From positions 930,001-994,000 of the forward strand of contig BCGN01000005.1 of NCBI GenBank assembly GCA_001599295.1: DNA of 64,000 bases. The letters are read 5' to 3'. Position numbers and translations under genes: made by a program. The stretch comes from Sporopachydermia quercuum (lineage: Eukaryota). The number at the start of each line of letters is the position of its first letter. Position 1 is the stretch's first letter. Of the stretch, positions 1 through 13,130 are shown piece after piece. The notes below the pieces were generated by a model. The model was not told where the DNA came from, did no database searches, and was given only the letters and a program-made list of their open reading frames with translations.

Positions 1-2442
1 TAATTGACATGATCTGAATATAAATGAGCTTGAAACAGCTAAAGGATGCTTCGATTCCGAGAATATGCTGTATAAAGAAGACGGAGAATTAAATATTTGA
101 TTGAAAACATAATCAGCAATTGAACCCTCTAAATTAGGCGATTCGACTTTTAAATCATCAAAACATGATTTAGTAGAAGAGATTTGACAGTTAACGATAT
201 TAATAAAACCAGAATTCGATAAAGTGCACGGCCATTCTAATGATTCTTGTAAAACAGCGTTTGAAACAGATGTTTGCCAGCATTCCAAAGCTGATTTGAA
301 ATGGTTCCTCACAAATTGAGATAATGGAAAAGTGTTATGTTGACTAAAGGAAGATCTTGTTGCATGAGAACCTCTGGATGAAGTTGAACTGGTATCATCA
401 TTTGCGCCATGCAATGCTNGGAGTTTTGATAGCTTTTTCCTATTCTCTATATTAGAATTGATAATCTCATTCATAATGCCAGAGATGAGAATGCGGTAAC
501 CAAATGTTGAAAGATACTGAACAGTTTGATTAAGAAACAGAGCGGACATTGCCTCCTGGAATGTAAAAGCTGTTCTATTCCTATTCGGTGATACTTTTCG
601 TATTGTGGCTTGTTCTTGCATGTAATACTGAATCCATTGAGAATCAGAGTCAAAAGAAAAACTCCATAACGATTCAGAACACGGTAAATAAATTCTTTCT
701 ATATCAGGAATAGTAACAGAAGGTGGAGTCATATTGTAGACCTGGGAGACTGTTGAGAGCATCAAATATGCACAGAAAATACTTCTTCTCGCTTGTTCCA
801 TCTGGACCCATTCTTTCCATAATGGCGGTGTAGGTAAAATAGGATTACTCTGTTGGCTGCTGAGAGTTGTTTTCACTATTCTATTAACAACAGTAGTCAA
901 ATGAGATCTTAAAGGCTCAGAATCAATGAAAGAGGACCTAAATTGATCATTACTTCCATCATCAGTTCCTTTTCTATTCCCATTATTAGTCATTCCATTA
1001 TTGACACCACTATTGACGCTACTATTTTGATTGGCAGTCCCTGTTGAAGATTCAGGAACCCGTATACTCGAATCATTAGTTTCCTCAGTCTTAACTATAT
1101 CCTGATGATTACCACCTGGCGATGTGGCCATTCGTAAAGCTTTAGAAGCTTTGGCAACTTTTGTTGACCAAATAGCTCCAATATTTAAGTACACCAGGCA
1201 CTGAAGAACCCATATTGGTACCACAGATGATGGTACAGCAAGATGCGGTAAAAGCCCTGAATAACTTGATAAATGATACGATTCAGCAACAGGAATATCT
1301 GAAGCTACTATAGCTCCCAGAGAGCAAATGGCAGCCAAGAGAGGTTTAGGACAGGAAACTGGATCAAACGACTGTAAATGCAGTAAAGGGTATTGAGGTT
1401 GAATAAGAGTTAGGAAATAGAATAAATATTGATTCAAACGAATAGAGTCCTTAGGATAAGGAGATAAAGCAGGAAATGCAAATCTAGGCAATGGTGATTG
1501 GCTGGTTGGTTGTTGATGCTGTTCATTATCTTCAATGCCATCTCTCATGTCTTTTAGCTCTCTTGGTTCTCTGGAATCTCTAGAATCTCTGGAATCTCTG
1601 GCCGAAGGGNTTAATGGTGTAGGATTTGGTTCTATCAAAGGATGTAATGCCTGCAGATGTTTATGAGAACTTGTTGATGGATGCAACTGTAAAGGTGGAG
1701 ATTGAGCGACGTAATTCCGTTGGTAGTGTCTATCATATTGCGTTTGAGAAGGAGACTGTGTATCATTGAGATTCTGGTTGAGGTTTTGGTTGATATTGGG
1801 GTGAAAATGAGGTAGCTGTAAATGATTTGGTAGCTGTGAGGATGATAAATTATTAGGCTCTTTCTCAGGCAAGTTGTTATTAATGAATTTTGATCGTGAT
1901 TTCTTGGCCCGTTCAGCTCTCTCGGCAGAATGGACAGTTCTATCGTGTCGTAACAGAAGATCTCTTCGAACGAAACATGAATTACATTTGGGACATTGAA
2001 ATGGTTTTTCTTTGGTGTGTGATCGTTCATGTCTCAATTTATGCTCTGAGCGAGAGAAAGCTCGTTGGCAGTAACCGCATATATATTTCTTTGTCAATTT
2101 GATTCTTTTAGAAGGGTCTTCGTCCGTTCTTTGTCCTTCAGGGCGTACTGTAGTTGATCCTGTTACGGTAGTTTCAATGCCAGGACCTGTGTCTCTTGTT
2201 GATTCTAAATCTGCTGCTGTTGTACCAGTTGTAGATTTTCTCACCGTTCCAGACGGACTATTTTTTGTTGGTATTAACATCGTAGTATCTGTTGTTCGTA
2301 CTTGATGTGCTTCTTCTGGTACTGCTGATCCAGTTTGCCCNGATGTTCCTGTCATTGTTGGTTCTCTAGTTGTTCCCAGGTTTTCCCCACTAGAATTATT
2401 TTGCGAAGAGGAAACTGACAACAGAGGCATTGGCGCTAACAT
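1..2442 (-). CDS. Two-finger C2H2 zinc-finger transcription factor (YGR067C/Try5-like), 3' end outside window
   Basis: Absent from the ORF track because no stop falls in the window. Manual translation from ATG 2442 gives KKYICGYCQRAFSRSEHKLRHERSHTKEKPFQCPKCNSCFVRRDLLLRHDRTVH (~1930-2091), closely matching the recalled YGR067C fingers. A fungal TF middle-homology-like segment (WKEWVQMEQARRSIFCAYLM...LPCSESLW) follows. I spot-checked the frame rather than reading every codon. Confidence 0.85.
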   Translation of the reverse strand, partial: MLAPMPLLSVSSSQNNSSGENLGTTREPTMTGTXGQTGSAVPEEAHQVRTTDTTMLIPTKNSPSGTVRKSTTGTTAADLESTRDTGPGIETTVTGSTTVRPEGQRTDEDPSKRIKLTKKYICGYCQRAFSRSEHKLRHERSHTKEKPFQCPKCNSCFVRRDLLLRHDRTVHSAERAERAKKSRSKFINNNLPEKEPNNLSSSQLPNHLQLPHFHPNINQNLNQNLNDTQSPSQTQYDRHYQRNYVAQSPPLQLHPSTSSHKHLQALHPLIEPNPTPLXPSARDSRDSRDSREPRELKDMRDGIEDNEQHQQPTSQSPLPRFAFPALSPYPKDSIRLNQYLFYFLTLIQPQYPLLHLQSFDPVSCPKPLLAAICSLGAIVASDIPVAESYHLSSYSGLLPHLAVPSSVVPIWVLQCLVYLNIGAIWSTKVAKASKALRMATSPGGNHQDIVKTEETNDSSIRVPESSTGTANQNSSVNSGVNNGMTNNGNRKGTDDGSNDQFRSSFIDSEPLRSHLTTVVNRIVKTTLSSQQSNPILPTPPLWKEWVQMEQARRSIFCAYLMLSTVSQVYNMTPPSVTIPDIERIYLPCSESLWSFSFDSDSQWIQYYMQEQATIRKVSPNRNRTAFTFQEAMSALFLNQTVQYLSTFGYRILISGIMNEIINSNIENRKKLSKLXALHGANDDTSSTSSRGSHATRSSFSQHNTFPLSQFVRNHFKSALECWQTSVSNAVLQESLEWPCTLSNSGFINIVNCQISSTKSCFDDLKVESPNLEGSIADYVFNQIFNSPSSLYSIFSESKHPLAVSSSFIFRSCQL
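1568..1601 (-). repeat. 9-nt coding tandem repeat (RDS)x3-4 in the C2H2 TF
   Basis: tctctggaa/tctctagaa/tctctggaa/tctctgg on the + strand. Confidence 0.7.
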
Positions 2443-4949
2443 GATGATAGCTATTTTATTCTGCAACCTTGTGATTCTTTGGTTTGAAGCGGCTAAGGAT
2501 TATACAAATGAACGTTTTCTGATACGGTAGAATGCGATCTCTTGGACGTAGAAATGATAGTCCGTGTTTGTTGTGGATGGATTATATTATCTTGATCTTA
2601 ATGATAATAAAATGTACTCCTAGCTGCTTTGTTTCCAAATATAATGGGTTTACTTCCTGCAGTGAACAATAAAAGCTGTGTTGCTTGGGGTTTTCATATC
2701 GTTATCTTTGGGTATAGTCGCGTACAGTATCGGTCACTTGATAAGGCTTCTTTTATCTTAGTATGGGGTCCTTCCAGATGTTCAATCAATCAAACAAAAT
2801 AATATGGTAATAAAAGAAGAGAAGCTCAAGTATAAGAAATATAATATAGGAGAGAGAAATTAGTAGAAGGATTGCAACGAATATCGGGAAGCTGTATTAT
2901 TAAATGGCAAAAGTAAGAACAGGAGGAAGAATACAATAACCAGTAAGATGGGGTAGGTGAATAATCTGGCTAGGCAAGATCATAATATCAGCTCAAATGA
3001 GGTGTGTCAAACAATAGTACGAAAATTAGACTTTTCTTTCACCGATTTTTTTCATTCAAGTGCCATTACGTAGTTGGATGAACAAAATATTTATCTGCTT
3101 TAAAATATTTGAAATATTCAGTCAATTTTTACCGATTTATGTACTAACTGATAGCAGCGTTTAGTGTCATTATTCAATTAATACCTGAATATTTCATACT
3201 TGAAGTCTCCCTTTACTTCTTCGGTAAGATGAACTATATTTTTGTATGCAACGTTTGGCTCCCTTGAGGGCATCGGGCTGATGAAGAAGAGGCAATAAGG
3301 TTTGAGTTGGTGGTCAATATGCAGGTTCCCCTCCTCGTTGGTCAAAAGAAGGCAACCTTATTACTACCTTACCCCGCTAGTTTTGATCTCAGCTATATTC
3401 TTTCATGAGAACAGTTTCAGTCTGATATTTGGTGATGAATGTGTGAATGTGATGTGATGTGATTAGTTATTGTCAATACATAGTAGCCAATCTCCAACGG
3501 AGGGTTCTCATAACATGAATGTGAGGATGGCGTTCTAATATAAAAGAACAAACCTCTTGAAATATTATTGTTTCTTTTAATTGCATAGTATATCGTCTTC
3601 GAGGTTATAAACTTTTAGGCAGTCATTTTCCGATCATTGTTTAATCTCTTGAGAAATCTGATTAGCCGTTTGCGGAAAAAACTGTCAATAGAAACTGGCC
3701 TTCACATGTAATTTTATAGAAGAAACAATAATATTAACAATTTAGCCTCAGGAAAAAGAAGCTCACTATTGAAAACAGTAAAGAGAATGGAGAAGTCAAA
3801 ACCAGGGTGGGATTTACCCCTCATTTTTCGCTTCCTTCTACATTCAAAAAAAAGAACCTTAATTTTTAAACACCCACTAAAAAGAGTCCATGAATTAAAC
3901 TAGTCGCGACGAAGTCAGATGAGAGATGTTATTTATTATCACGAGTTCATTGAACTAAATGGTCTTGAAATATTAAACAAAATTGAGCATTTTTGAACAA
4001 AAATAACAATTTTCCACTTAGTTAAAGCATTCAGATATGGCAATACCTATATGAGCAAATAAATGCACACACTTAAAACAGTGTGAAATGAATTATCAGT
4101 TAAATCACTCGTTTTCCATTAATCTTTTGTGATGTTTCTGTTAAGTTAAAACAAGCAATTACAGTTATAGAAAGAAGAGACACCAACGGGAACCATAATT
4201 TCAATTAGACTTCCAATTTAGGATCGTAAACCTGAAAAAATATATCATAATTGACATCTGATTCTGAATGAGAAATCAAGAGATATAATGAGGATCAATA
4301 TTTACTCCACAGCAAGGCAGTTAAAGAAGATCAGAATAAAACTATTTGGAAAGTAACTCTTTATTAATAGAGAATGAATATCAATAACAAAAAAAAATTA
4401 TAAGGTAAAAAATACTATGCTTGTAAGATTTACTCAGTAATTACTCAATTATTGAAGCAAATGATTAGTTATGAAATTTAGCTCCTCATAACTAATTACC
4501 CTCATCGCAAGGTTTTCTACGAATTGGTAGAGATACATTCGAACCCTTCTTCACTATTTGCAATATTAAAGCTGTTTCTATGGAAGGTGATTTCACGCTT
4601 AGTAACTGACTTTCATATGATAATAATCTAGTGAAACACTGGTGAAAATACTGAACAGTAGGAAAAAGCAAAGAGAAACAAGCGATGACGAAAGAAGATT
4701 TTGATAGGAGTGGTTACAGTATTAGATACATTGTAAACCGAGTAGGGTACTGTGATCATCTATTATACTTCCAAGAATAGTTTACTTGTATTTATCATGC
4801 TATTATACATCAAACCACTTCCCCCTTCTTTTATATTTATTTTTTCAAAAAGAATGAACCGTTTAAAGGTAAGGGCTATGCCATATTAAAACAGTTAGTA
4901 GAATTAGATACGTCTCTAGTGGTTACACTTTTTGTTTCCTTGAAATAGT

Positions 4950-6829
4950 TCAATATAATTCTTTTGATCGCGAGAATAGTCTTTTGAAACTCTTGAATTT
5001 GGACGTCTTCTTCTTTGGTATTTCGGGCTCCACTTTGAAATCTGAGGAGGAATTGTTCCATTCGGCAGGAATTTCATAACGAGCGTTGCTTCTTTTGAAA
5101 GATGTGTCAGAACTGATTGAAAAAGTATCTGCGTTATCTGGAAATTCAACATTAGCATACTTGTAATCGGGAGCATATTTATTTTTGTGGTTTCGCAGTT
5201 TATCTCGCCCAGCCATTTTGTAAGGAAGCTCTTGATAATAATTATGCGTTGGAAATGCAGGTATTTGTTGTATTTCAGGGGAAAACTTTGGTTTTAACTG
5301 ACTTCGTGGTTTTGCTTTGGATGGCTCATTAGTCCTTGTAGTATTATTTTTCTTTTTTATAATTGATACAGGGNGTGTATTCGACTGTAATGTTGATTCC
5401 GCTCTTATTATAGTTTGTTTCGGGGAATGAAGAACTTTGGAAGGAAGAACTTCTGTTACAGTAGACAGTTCCTTGTCGTCGGTCGTATCCAAGTGCTCTT
5501 CAGCATCTACGAACACTTCAGCATTTTCAATGGAATCCACTGATGATGATGTGGGTCGCTTTGCCACTTTTGGTTTGCCATCTATTCTTCCATTTTGTTG
5601 TGTAGTCGGTTCTGTTGTTTCTTTCTCTTCCGAGATGGCAACTAGTCCTCTGTTAATGGACTTTTGGGAATCATTATTTGTTTGTCTTGAGGACGATGCC
5701 ATTGTTAACGAATTAGACCTATTGTAGATTATTTGTTTCTTGAGAGCCTTTTGAGATGCCAAATTTAAGGAATTATACCTTGTGTTTCTTGCTGTAACCG
5801 CGTCTTTTTTCCATGAATTGGCAAATTCCTTAATATCAGATGTCTTTTCCATGACAACTGTTGTCTTAGGTAACGTTCTTAAGTTTGACCTGCTTTTTGA
5901 TTGCTGTTTAGCAGGTTTGTTTAATACTGAGGAGTTTGGTCGTAAACTTGTTCTACTCAGCGAGGAAGTTCGTATCGTTACTAAGTCAACTTTGTGCTGA
6001 CCGTTATTCGGTATCTCTTCCCTGGTTTCTGCTAGCTCCTCGTTATCAGGTTCCTCGTCTATTCGTTCAGAAAGGTAATCAACTGGTGATTCAAATTGGT
6101 GAAAATCTGCATGTTGTAAAGATTTTGGACTGCGGTTTTGAGAGTCTGAATTATATCTCTGATTGTCTAGTTCTTCGTTCAGGGTCATCTCTGAATTGAT
6201 TGATAGAGTTCTCTTCTTGGTTAATGATACTAAAGATGAGAATGAGAACGTTCTAGTGCTCTTCGGCTTGGCCACAGGAGGTTGCGATTGCAAAGAGTTC
6301 TTTCTGAATGTTCTTGAAGACAATTTCGACGAGTTTCCTGTCTTAGGTGTGAGGCTTGAATTGACTGATGTTATAGACATAGTTCTTGGTTGCAATCCTC
6401 TTAGTGAGTACGTCTTTGTTGACGATCCTGAACTGGGTGGAGTCATCATACTATTGGTTCTTCTGGAAGTCGCTATTAGTTCAAATTCGTGTTAATATTA
6501 CTTGTTTTCTTGGCTCGTACAACAAAAATAAGAAGCTACCAAGTACAACTTAACATACTACTTGGGGGAGCTATTCCTCTGGTTGAGGGTGATTTCTTCA
6601 AAGCAGAGGCTGCTGCTGCAATAGCAGTGTTAGGATTCACAGCCAAATGTTCGGAATTGGACTTTTAGGAAACGTTAANTAGTTAATTTGAAGTGACTTC
6701 TTAAGTCTTCCCACCATTGTAATTCATCTTTCTTTGTCTTTTCCTCCAATTGCTAGTACTTACCGAAAACACAGGTGAATCCGCTGTAAGAGAATAGGCC
6801 CTCCTACTAGTCTTCTTTCTGGAAAACAT
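4950..6829 (-). CDS. Seg1-like eisosome scaffold protein, 3 exons, ~563 aa
   Basis: Exons 6829-6764, 6661-6559 and 6472-4950. Introns are GTAAGT...AAG (102 nt) and GTATGT...TATTAAC...TAG (86 nt), with frame preserved. N-terminus MFSRKKTSRR...NPNTAIAAAASALKK and basic C-terminal KFKSFKRLFSR resemble Seg1/Seg2 termini; the middle is Ser/Thr-rich. Confidence 0.65.
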
Positions 6830-8455
6830 TTTTATCTATTGAATTGTTTCAAAGGATAGTGGTCAAAGAATCCTGTATTTTAAATAACGAATCAAATATA
6901 ACGAATGAGTTCATGGAATTGTTCGCTGCAGGAAGAGATATACTTGATACTGAATTGTAGTCGGGACATAAATAGGAAGGCTAAGATACTCTCAAAATAA
7001 GTAGTATCCTTCAAAGCTTCTATATGCAAGCTTCCTTCACATAAAACTATTCTTTCTTGTAAAGAAGTTTAGAAGCTGGTCTTTTCCATTTATTTACTTT
7101 CTATTTTAAGAAAAATAAACTTGATAGGAAGCATGATGTAAACATGAAAATGTTCTGTAGTATGGAATGTTGTCCAGGTAGCTTTTAGTGCATGTGAAGT
7201 CGAATCCGGACAATCGAATAAGTACTTTGCCTTATTTGGGTTTTGTATGAAAATGTAATTGAATTTAAAGGGCAATACTTCAAGAAAGTAATTGATAAAA
7301 TGCTTTTAATTTTCTGGTTGGCTTCAACATTTATTGTTTTCATCTAGGTATATAATGTGAATTCAGAAAGCACTGATGGCTATCTAGACNCCTTAGTAGC
7401 GGACAAGAGGCTATTCCCCTTATGACTGATAAGAAACTTAAGGGACATAAGNTGCTCATCGCAATTATCCTGGCCATACAATACAAACGACTTGGCTGGA
7501 TTTTAATTACTGACGCGAACTCAATTGAATTTTCATGTGTCAAAAACCATTTGTCTCTGGGATGACACAAAAACTGTATATCAGTGAAGCTACAGGATAC
7601 CAAATAGTCATTTATGTCACCACTTACTGTTGTTTATTGTTCATTAAACTTTATAGATCTTGAACCTGTTATGAGACTCACCACCTTAGCGCTACCTACG
7701 TGCATAATTCTTGCTTGAAAATTGGAATCCACGTGATTTGAGCTTCTCCGATATAACCCGGTTGTGAAACAGATGAGATTATCATAAATCTATAGTTAAC
7801 CTGTTATTGGACACATGTTAAAGAGTAAAGTGAAATTTTCAGTTGTGAAATGTCGGACTAAAGGCCTTGCAAACAAACAAAACAAAGAGGTTTTATGAAT
7901 AAATAGTAGATCATATAGAACTATTCACAAAGGGATTATATGGGACAGGTATATACATAATATCGAGAANAACCTTCTAACTATTTTGTTTCATTTACTT
8001 GTCCATGAGGTGTAGCGATATTGAAATGTGAACACAAGCAAACCGTACCTAATTATCAACGCATCCTCCAGCTTTTTGTGAACTACTTCCTTTTTCCCAA
8101 ATCCAAGAACTAATATAATCATTCTTTAAATAACATCTACAGTGCTTTTTTCTTATTCCCTATATGTTTTCATCGCTATATATCTTCATTCTCTCTACTA
8201 TTGTATGTCAGACATCTCGGTCATCAGGAAGAACTCCATACTAAAAAGGTAATTGGATCGGCCAAATTTGGGGGTTTCTCCCAACTTTATTTGATTACTT
8301 TGTCCAACATCTTTTTCGCTTTCTTTCACNGTTCGTCCTCCTCTTCCCCCTTGTTATGTGTATAAATAAATGGATTTCAAAATTTATAAAGAGAAACTAA
8401 TCAAAAGCGATTTGAATGACTGATGATTGATTTTTTCTTAATAGTAATTGACTAA

Positions 8456-9316
<861 letters not shown>

Positions 9317-9540
9317 TTGTTATGCCCAAATTTGATAGTATTGTAGTTTGGATATTCTCAGTACTTGCATTAAAGTTTTACTATTCTTGTGTATAATGAT
9401 TCTAAATAAATGTCGCAAACGACTCTCATGTATCTACATTTACATCATCTACGTTTATGGAAACATAGTAGTATCTTTGTAAATTTGATTCATCACTCGC
9501 CTTGAACGAAATCAGGCTGTATTAACTAATTTTCTCTTGA

Positions 9541-11616
9541 CTAGTTTGAGACTTTCCTCCTTTTTGGACTTACTTCATTACTCTCGCCTTCATAATAACA
9601 GGTTGCATGATACACTTTATCTCCGACTTTAACAGCATTCCTCCATACCCAATCCTTTGCTTCATCGTCATAAACGCTATGGATCTTCTCTTTACAAATA
9701 CCACAGATAATAATTGTGTTGTCTGCATCTTCCGGTACAACCACTTTCATCAGCGCTAATTCTTCAGGGTCCAACTTCTTTATCTCTCTTTTCTCTCCAC
9801 TAGCGACTTCTATTTCACTAGGACGATCATCGTTATGCACTCCTAGTACCTCCCAATCCCTGAAAGCAATCCACTTTTCCTCATTTAAGTACCAATTTCG
9901 ATGTCTTCCTAAAACGCCGCTAACTCTGGATCCATCCTGGAGCTCCCTGTATTTCTTGTTCACTCGGAAATGCCAATCCAAATGGTGGGCTTTGTTCAAT
10001 TTACTAGTTTCAGTATTAGTATGAAACCGTTTGCCGCAAGTAGAGCATTTAGAAGGAAGCATAGTATATAGCAGCCTATGAAATGGAACATCCGATGTCT
10101 TTCTCAAGAAATCACTGCTAAGCTCAAGATTAATAAAAGAATGAAATAATGTATCATCACCACCAGTTTGTTTATCCCCTGGTAACACATTGAAATATTC
10201 GAGAGCTTTGGCTTTGATAAGATCATCGTTTGAATTGTTGTGTGTTCTGTTTGTAGACTCCGAAGTGATTGAATCACCATTATTAGATTCTGGTTGGTTT
10301 TTCGAAGACAGTAGTCCTGCAGATGATAAAGAGGACAATAAAGATGAAAGATTGGCGTTTGTTTGTTGTGCTTTCGGCTGTGGTTGCGATTGCTGTTGTG
10401 GTTGCACTTGTGAAGCAAGTGTTGCAGATTGGTTCGCAGGAGATCGCGGTTGAGCTAAACCCAGAATTGAAGAAAGATTAGGAATTGTTCCGGCAGGATT
10501 AGGTGCAGATTGCTGCAACGGTAGTTGTAGCGGTTGTTGCTGTTGTTGCGGTAGCTGATGTGGTTGCAAGGGCTGTTGAAGTGGTTGATGCAATTGTTGC
10601 TGCTGAGTCATCTGTTGCGCTACCATTATATTATTGAATGCTCCTTGCTGAGGTAATAGCGATTGGAGCATTTGCTGTTGATACTCCAACTGTACTTGTT
10701 GACCCGGAAAAACATCTTGGTTATAGGTCATTTGTTTTTGTCGCTCTTGAAATTCATGGAAAGCATTCATTTCCTTCTTCGTTAAATCCACCAATTGGCT
10801 GTTCACGATGCTCATATGCTCGGGGGGAAGTGCTGTCGATAATATCATAGACCTTAAACCGTCTAATGTTGAGAGTTTACTTCTAATACTTGTATCTAGT
10901 TTATCTAATTTCATTCTATGATTATACAAACTCTCTAGAGTGTCCATAGCAAGTAGAAGTGACTCAGTCGTAATTGGATTCTCAACTAAAGGACTATTGG
11001 ATGGTCTATTAGATGGTCTATTGGCAATTGAAGATGGGGATAAATATCCATCAGTTGAGTTGGAAGCCTGATTTGGAGTTCCATAAGCATTGTAGTTGTT
11101 ATACTGTTGCTTGGAATTATTTAAACCTCTATGAGCACTTCCATTTGAAGAGCCGGATTTCATTTTATTCTCACTTTGAAGTTGTGTTGTTCTGGCTTTG
11201 ATCAAAAAGTTTGCAATTTCTTTCATTTCATTTGCTGGAAACATTAGCTGACCACTGGCTGTTGGAACTTTCCACGTTTGGAATAATTGATACAGCTTCT
11301 TCCTCACTGTTTCACTTACAACTAGATAGACCTCGGTGAACAGTCTATATAAGTTTGCACCCAAGTATGTTGTAAATGGTGGGCCACAGTTTTTGCAAAT
11401 AGAATCCATTAGATACATTGCATATAATTTATAGTCTGGTAGACATGTCTTGATTCTTTCTTCTATTAAACTACTTATTATCTTTGCATAAGCAGGGTTT
11501 TCTTTAGCAATTAGCGTAAGGTTATCAATGATTGGTTTTGAATTGAATGAAAGCTCTTGAAGTGAAGAGGAAAAGTCCTCCTTGAAAGCCTTAATATCTT
11601 CATCCATTGAAGCCAT
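9541..11616 (-). CDS. PCF11: mRNA cleavage/polyadenylation factor Pcf11
   Basis: N-terminal CID (LSFNSKPIIDNLT, YLMDSICKN), Q-rich middle, zinc motifs CSTCGKRF...HLDWHF and CGICKE...WVWRNA...YHATC. Confidence 0.93.
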   Translation of the reverse strand: MASMDEDIKAFKEDFSSSLQELSFNSKPIIDNLTLIAKENPAYAKIISSLIEERIKTCLPDYKLYAMYLMDSICKNCGPPFTTYLGANLYRLFTEVYLVVSETVRKKLYQLFQTWKVPTASGQLMFPANEMKEIANFLIKARTTQLQSENKMKSGSSNGSAHRGLNNSKQQYNNYNAYGTPNQASNSTDGYLSPSSIANRPSNRPSNSPLVENPITTESLLLAMDTLESLYNHRMKLDKLDTSIRSKLSTLDGLRSMILSTALPPEHMSIVNSQLVDLTKKEMNAFHEFQERQKQMTYNQDVFPGQQVQLEYQQQMLQSLLPQQGAFNNIMVAQQMTQQQQLHQPLQQPLQPHQLPQQQQQPLQLPLQQSAPNPAGTIPNLSSILGLAQPRSPANQSATLASQVQPQQQSQPQPKAQQTNANLSSLLSSLSSAGLLSSKNQPESNNGDSITSESTNRTHNNSNDDLIKAKALEYFNVLPGDKQTGGDDTLFHSFINLELSSDFLRKTSDVPFHRLLYTMLPSKCSTCGKRFHTNTETSKLNKAHHLDWHFRVNKKYRELQDGSRVSGVLGRHRNWYLNEEKWIAFRDWEVLGVHNDDRPSEIEVASGEKREIKKLDPEELALMKVVVPEDADNTIIICGICKEKIHSVYDDEAKDWVWRNAVKVGDKVYHATCYYEGESNEVSPKRRKVSN

Positions 11617-12562
11617 TTATTTGATCGATATCACAAGGTTTGATATTGTTTGTTGACAGTGATTCTGAAAGGGTTTTTGTCCTTTAAAAAGGTTTACAAT
11701 TGTAATAACTCTGATGAAAGTTTGATATCAGTGAAAAAAATGTAACAGCTATTGTGCTTCTTTGGATTTACTAAACAGTGACTCAGTCAATAATGGTTGA
11801 TTCAAAGTTTCTTGGTTTTCGTTAGTTCAAAAAATATTAGGTCCTTTCAGCAGTCAATAAATATATACAAACAATAATCTCGGCCAAGTTTAGAGCAATG
11901 ATTGAAAATATCAACCTTTATTGTTTGGAGGGTCTATTTATATACAAACGAAAAGAGGGAGAATCTTATCACCGAAGATCGATCAAACTAATAATTAAGA
12001 CTTTTCACCCGAGGTTCAATATGGTATATCTCAATGAAAATATTTTAATAATTGAAAGGATGATTCGTGCCAAATTAATAGGTGTAATGAAACAATTGAC
12101 TGCAAAGCTGATCGTATCTTTCAACTATCACTCTACTCAGGCTGGCAACTATCGATCTATTAACAATGGTTAAACAAAGCAATTGCGCGCAATTTGACAG
12201 TCTGTATGTTATAACCAATTGATTGCTAGATGAATGAATTAATAAACGGATCTTACAATTATCAATTATCAATTGTCAACAGTTAGTATGACTATGTGAT
12301 TCGTTTATAAATATCTGTACTTCGATATGATAAATTCCTTTTTGGACTTATCGCACCAACTGAACTACCAAACAGTTAAGACACCCATACCAATGCTGTC
12401 AAGAACCAAACTAACCTGCTTCCCTGGTAATATTTGACCTGTGCCATAAATGAATTATCAAGGACAATGGTGCTTATTCGATCAGCCTCTATTCGGCATT
12501 ATAGTAATGTTTGATGTTCTTAAGAAAACTTCATGAACAACAAATGCGCTTCTATAGGACAT

Positions 12563-12570
12563 CCGGGTAA
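12563..12570. promoter_or_regulatory. Reb1-type site CCGGGTAA in the divergent PCF11/GGC1 promoter
   Basis: Exact S. cerevisiae Reb1 consensus; function inferred only. Confidence 0.35.
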
Positions 12571-12822
12571 TCATTCATACTATCAACCTTTGTAGTATCT
12601 CTAAACAGGTGGTGAGTTCTCTATTCTCAATTAGTGGGAGGGATTGATGAATGCTACATCGTTACATTTATTCATTACAAGACGGATTCTTTCGAAATTT
12701 ACCAAAAACCCGATATAACATTAATAGCAAGAGCGTAAAATTGTTATAGATTCACAGAAAAAATAGTGGTATTACCAAGATAACTCTCTTCATGGCTGTG
12801 AAAACATTTCCAGTTCCTATGA

Positions 12823-12914
12823 TCACGTGAAACATATTATGCGGACAGTCTCCCATCAACCTTCGTCCGAACAATTACTGTTTTTGTCCATGCATCCGGT
12901 TTTTCATTGACTCA
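12823..12914 (+). promoter_or_regulatory. Cbf1-type TCACGTGA (12823-12830) and Gcn4-type TGACTCA (12908-12914) upstream of GGC1
   Basis: Exact consensus matches 220-310 nt upstream of the ATG. Confidence 0.4.
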
Positions 12915-13130
12915 AACTCAACCCCATTCTTGAGATGAAAGATTCAGCATCTACTAATAAATTTTTATCTATTGAGCTCCACCAAGTTGATGACAAAGTA
13001 ATAGAATCAGACAGCACCCTGAAGTAAGATAGTAACTATTTTGGATTAAGTGTCAAGGAGGCAGTCAGGCGCATCTTGGAATTTATAGATTTATTACTTT
13101 GAATTATCGTTTATAGATAGCATCACAAAA

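Noticed and set aside
471..2305. Short ORFs 471-653, 1635-2030, 1890-2102, 2099-2305
   Set aside because: Off-frame or antisense shadows of the long C2H2 TF reading frame
11898..12400. ORFs 11898-12173 and 12075-12272, a TACTAAC on - at ~12282, and the palindrome AATTGCGCGCAATT at 12181-94
   Set aside because: No spliced product resembling a protein could be assembled; likely divergent-promoter sequence
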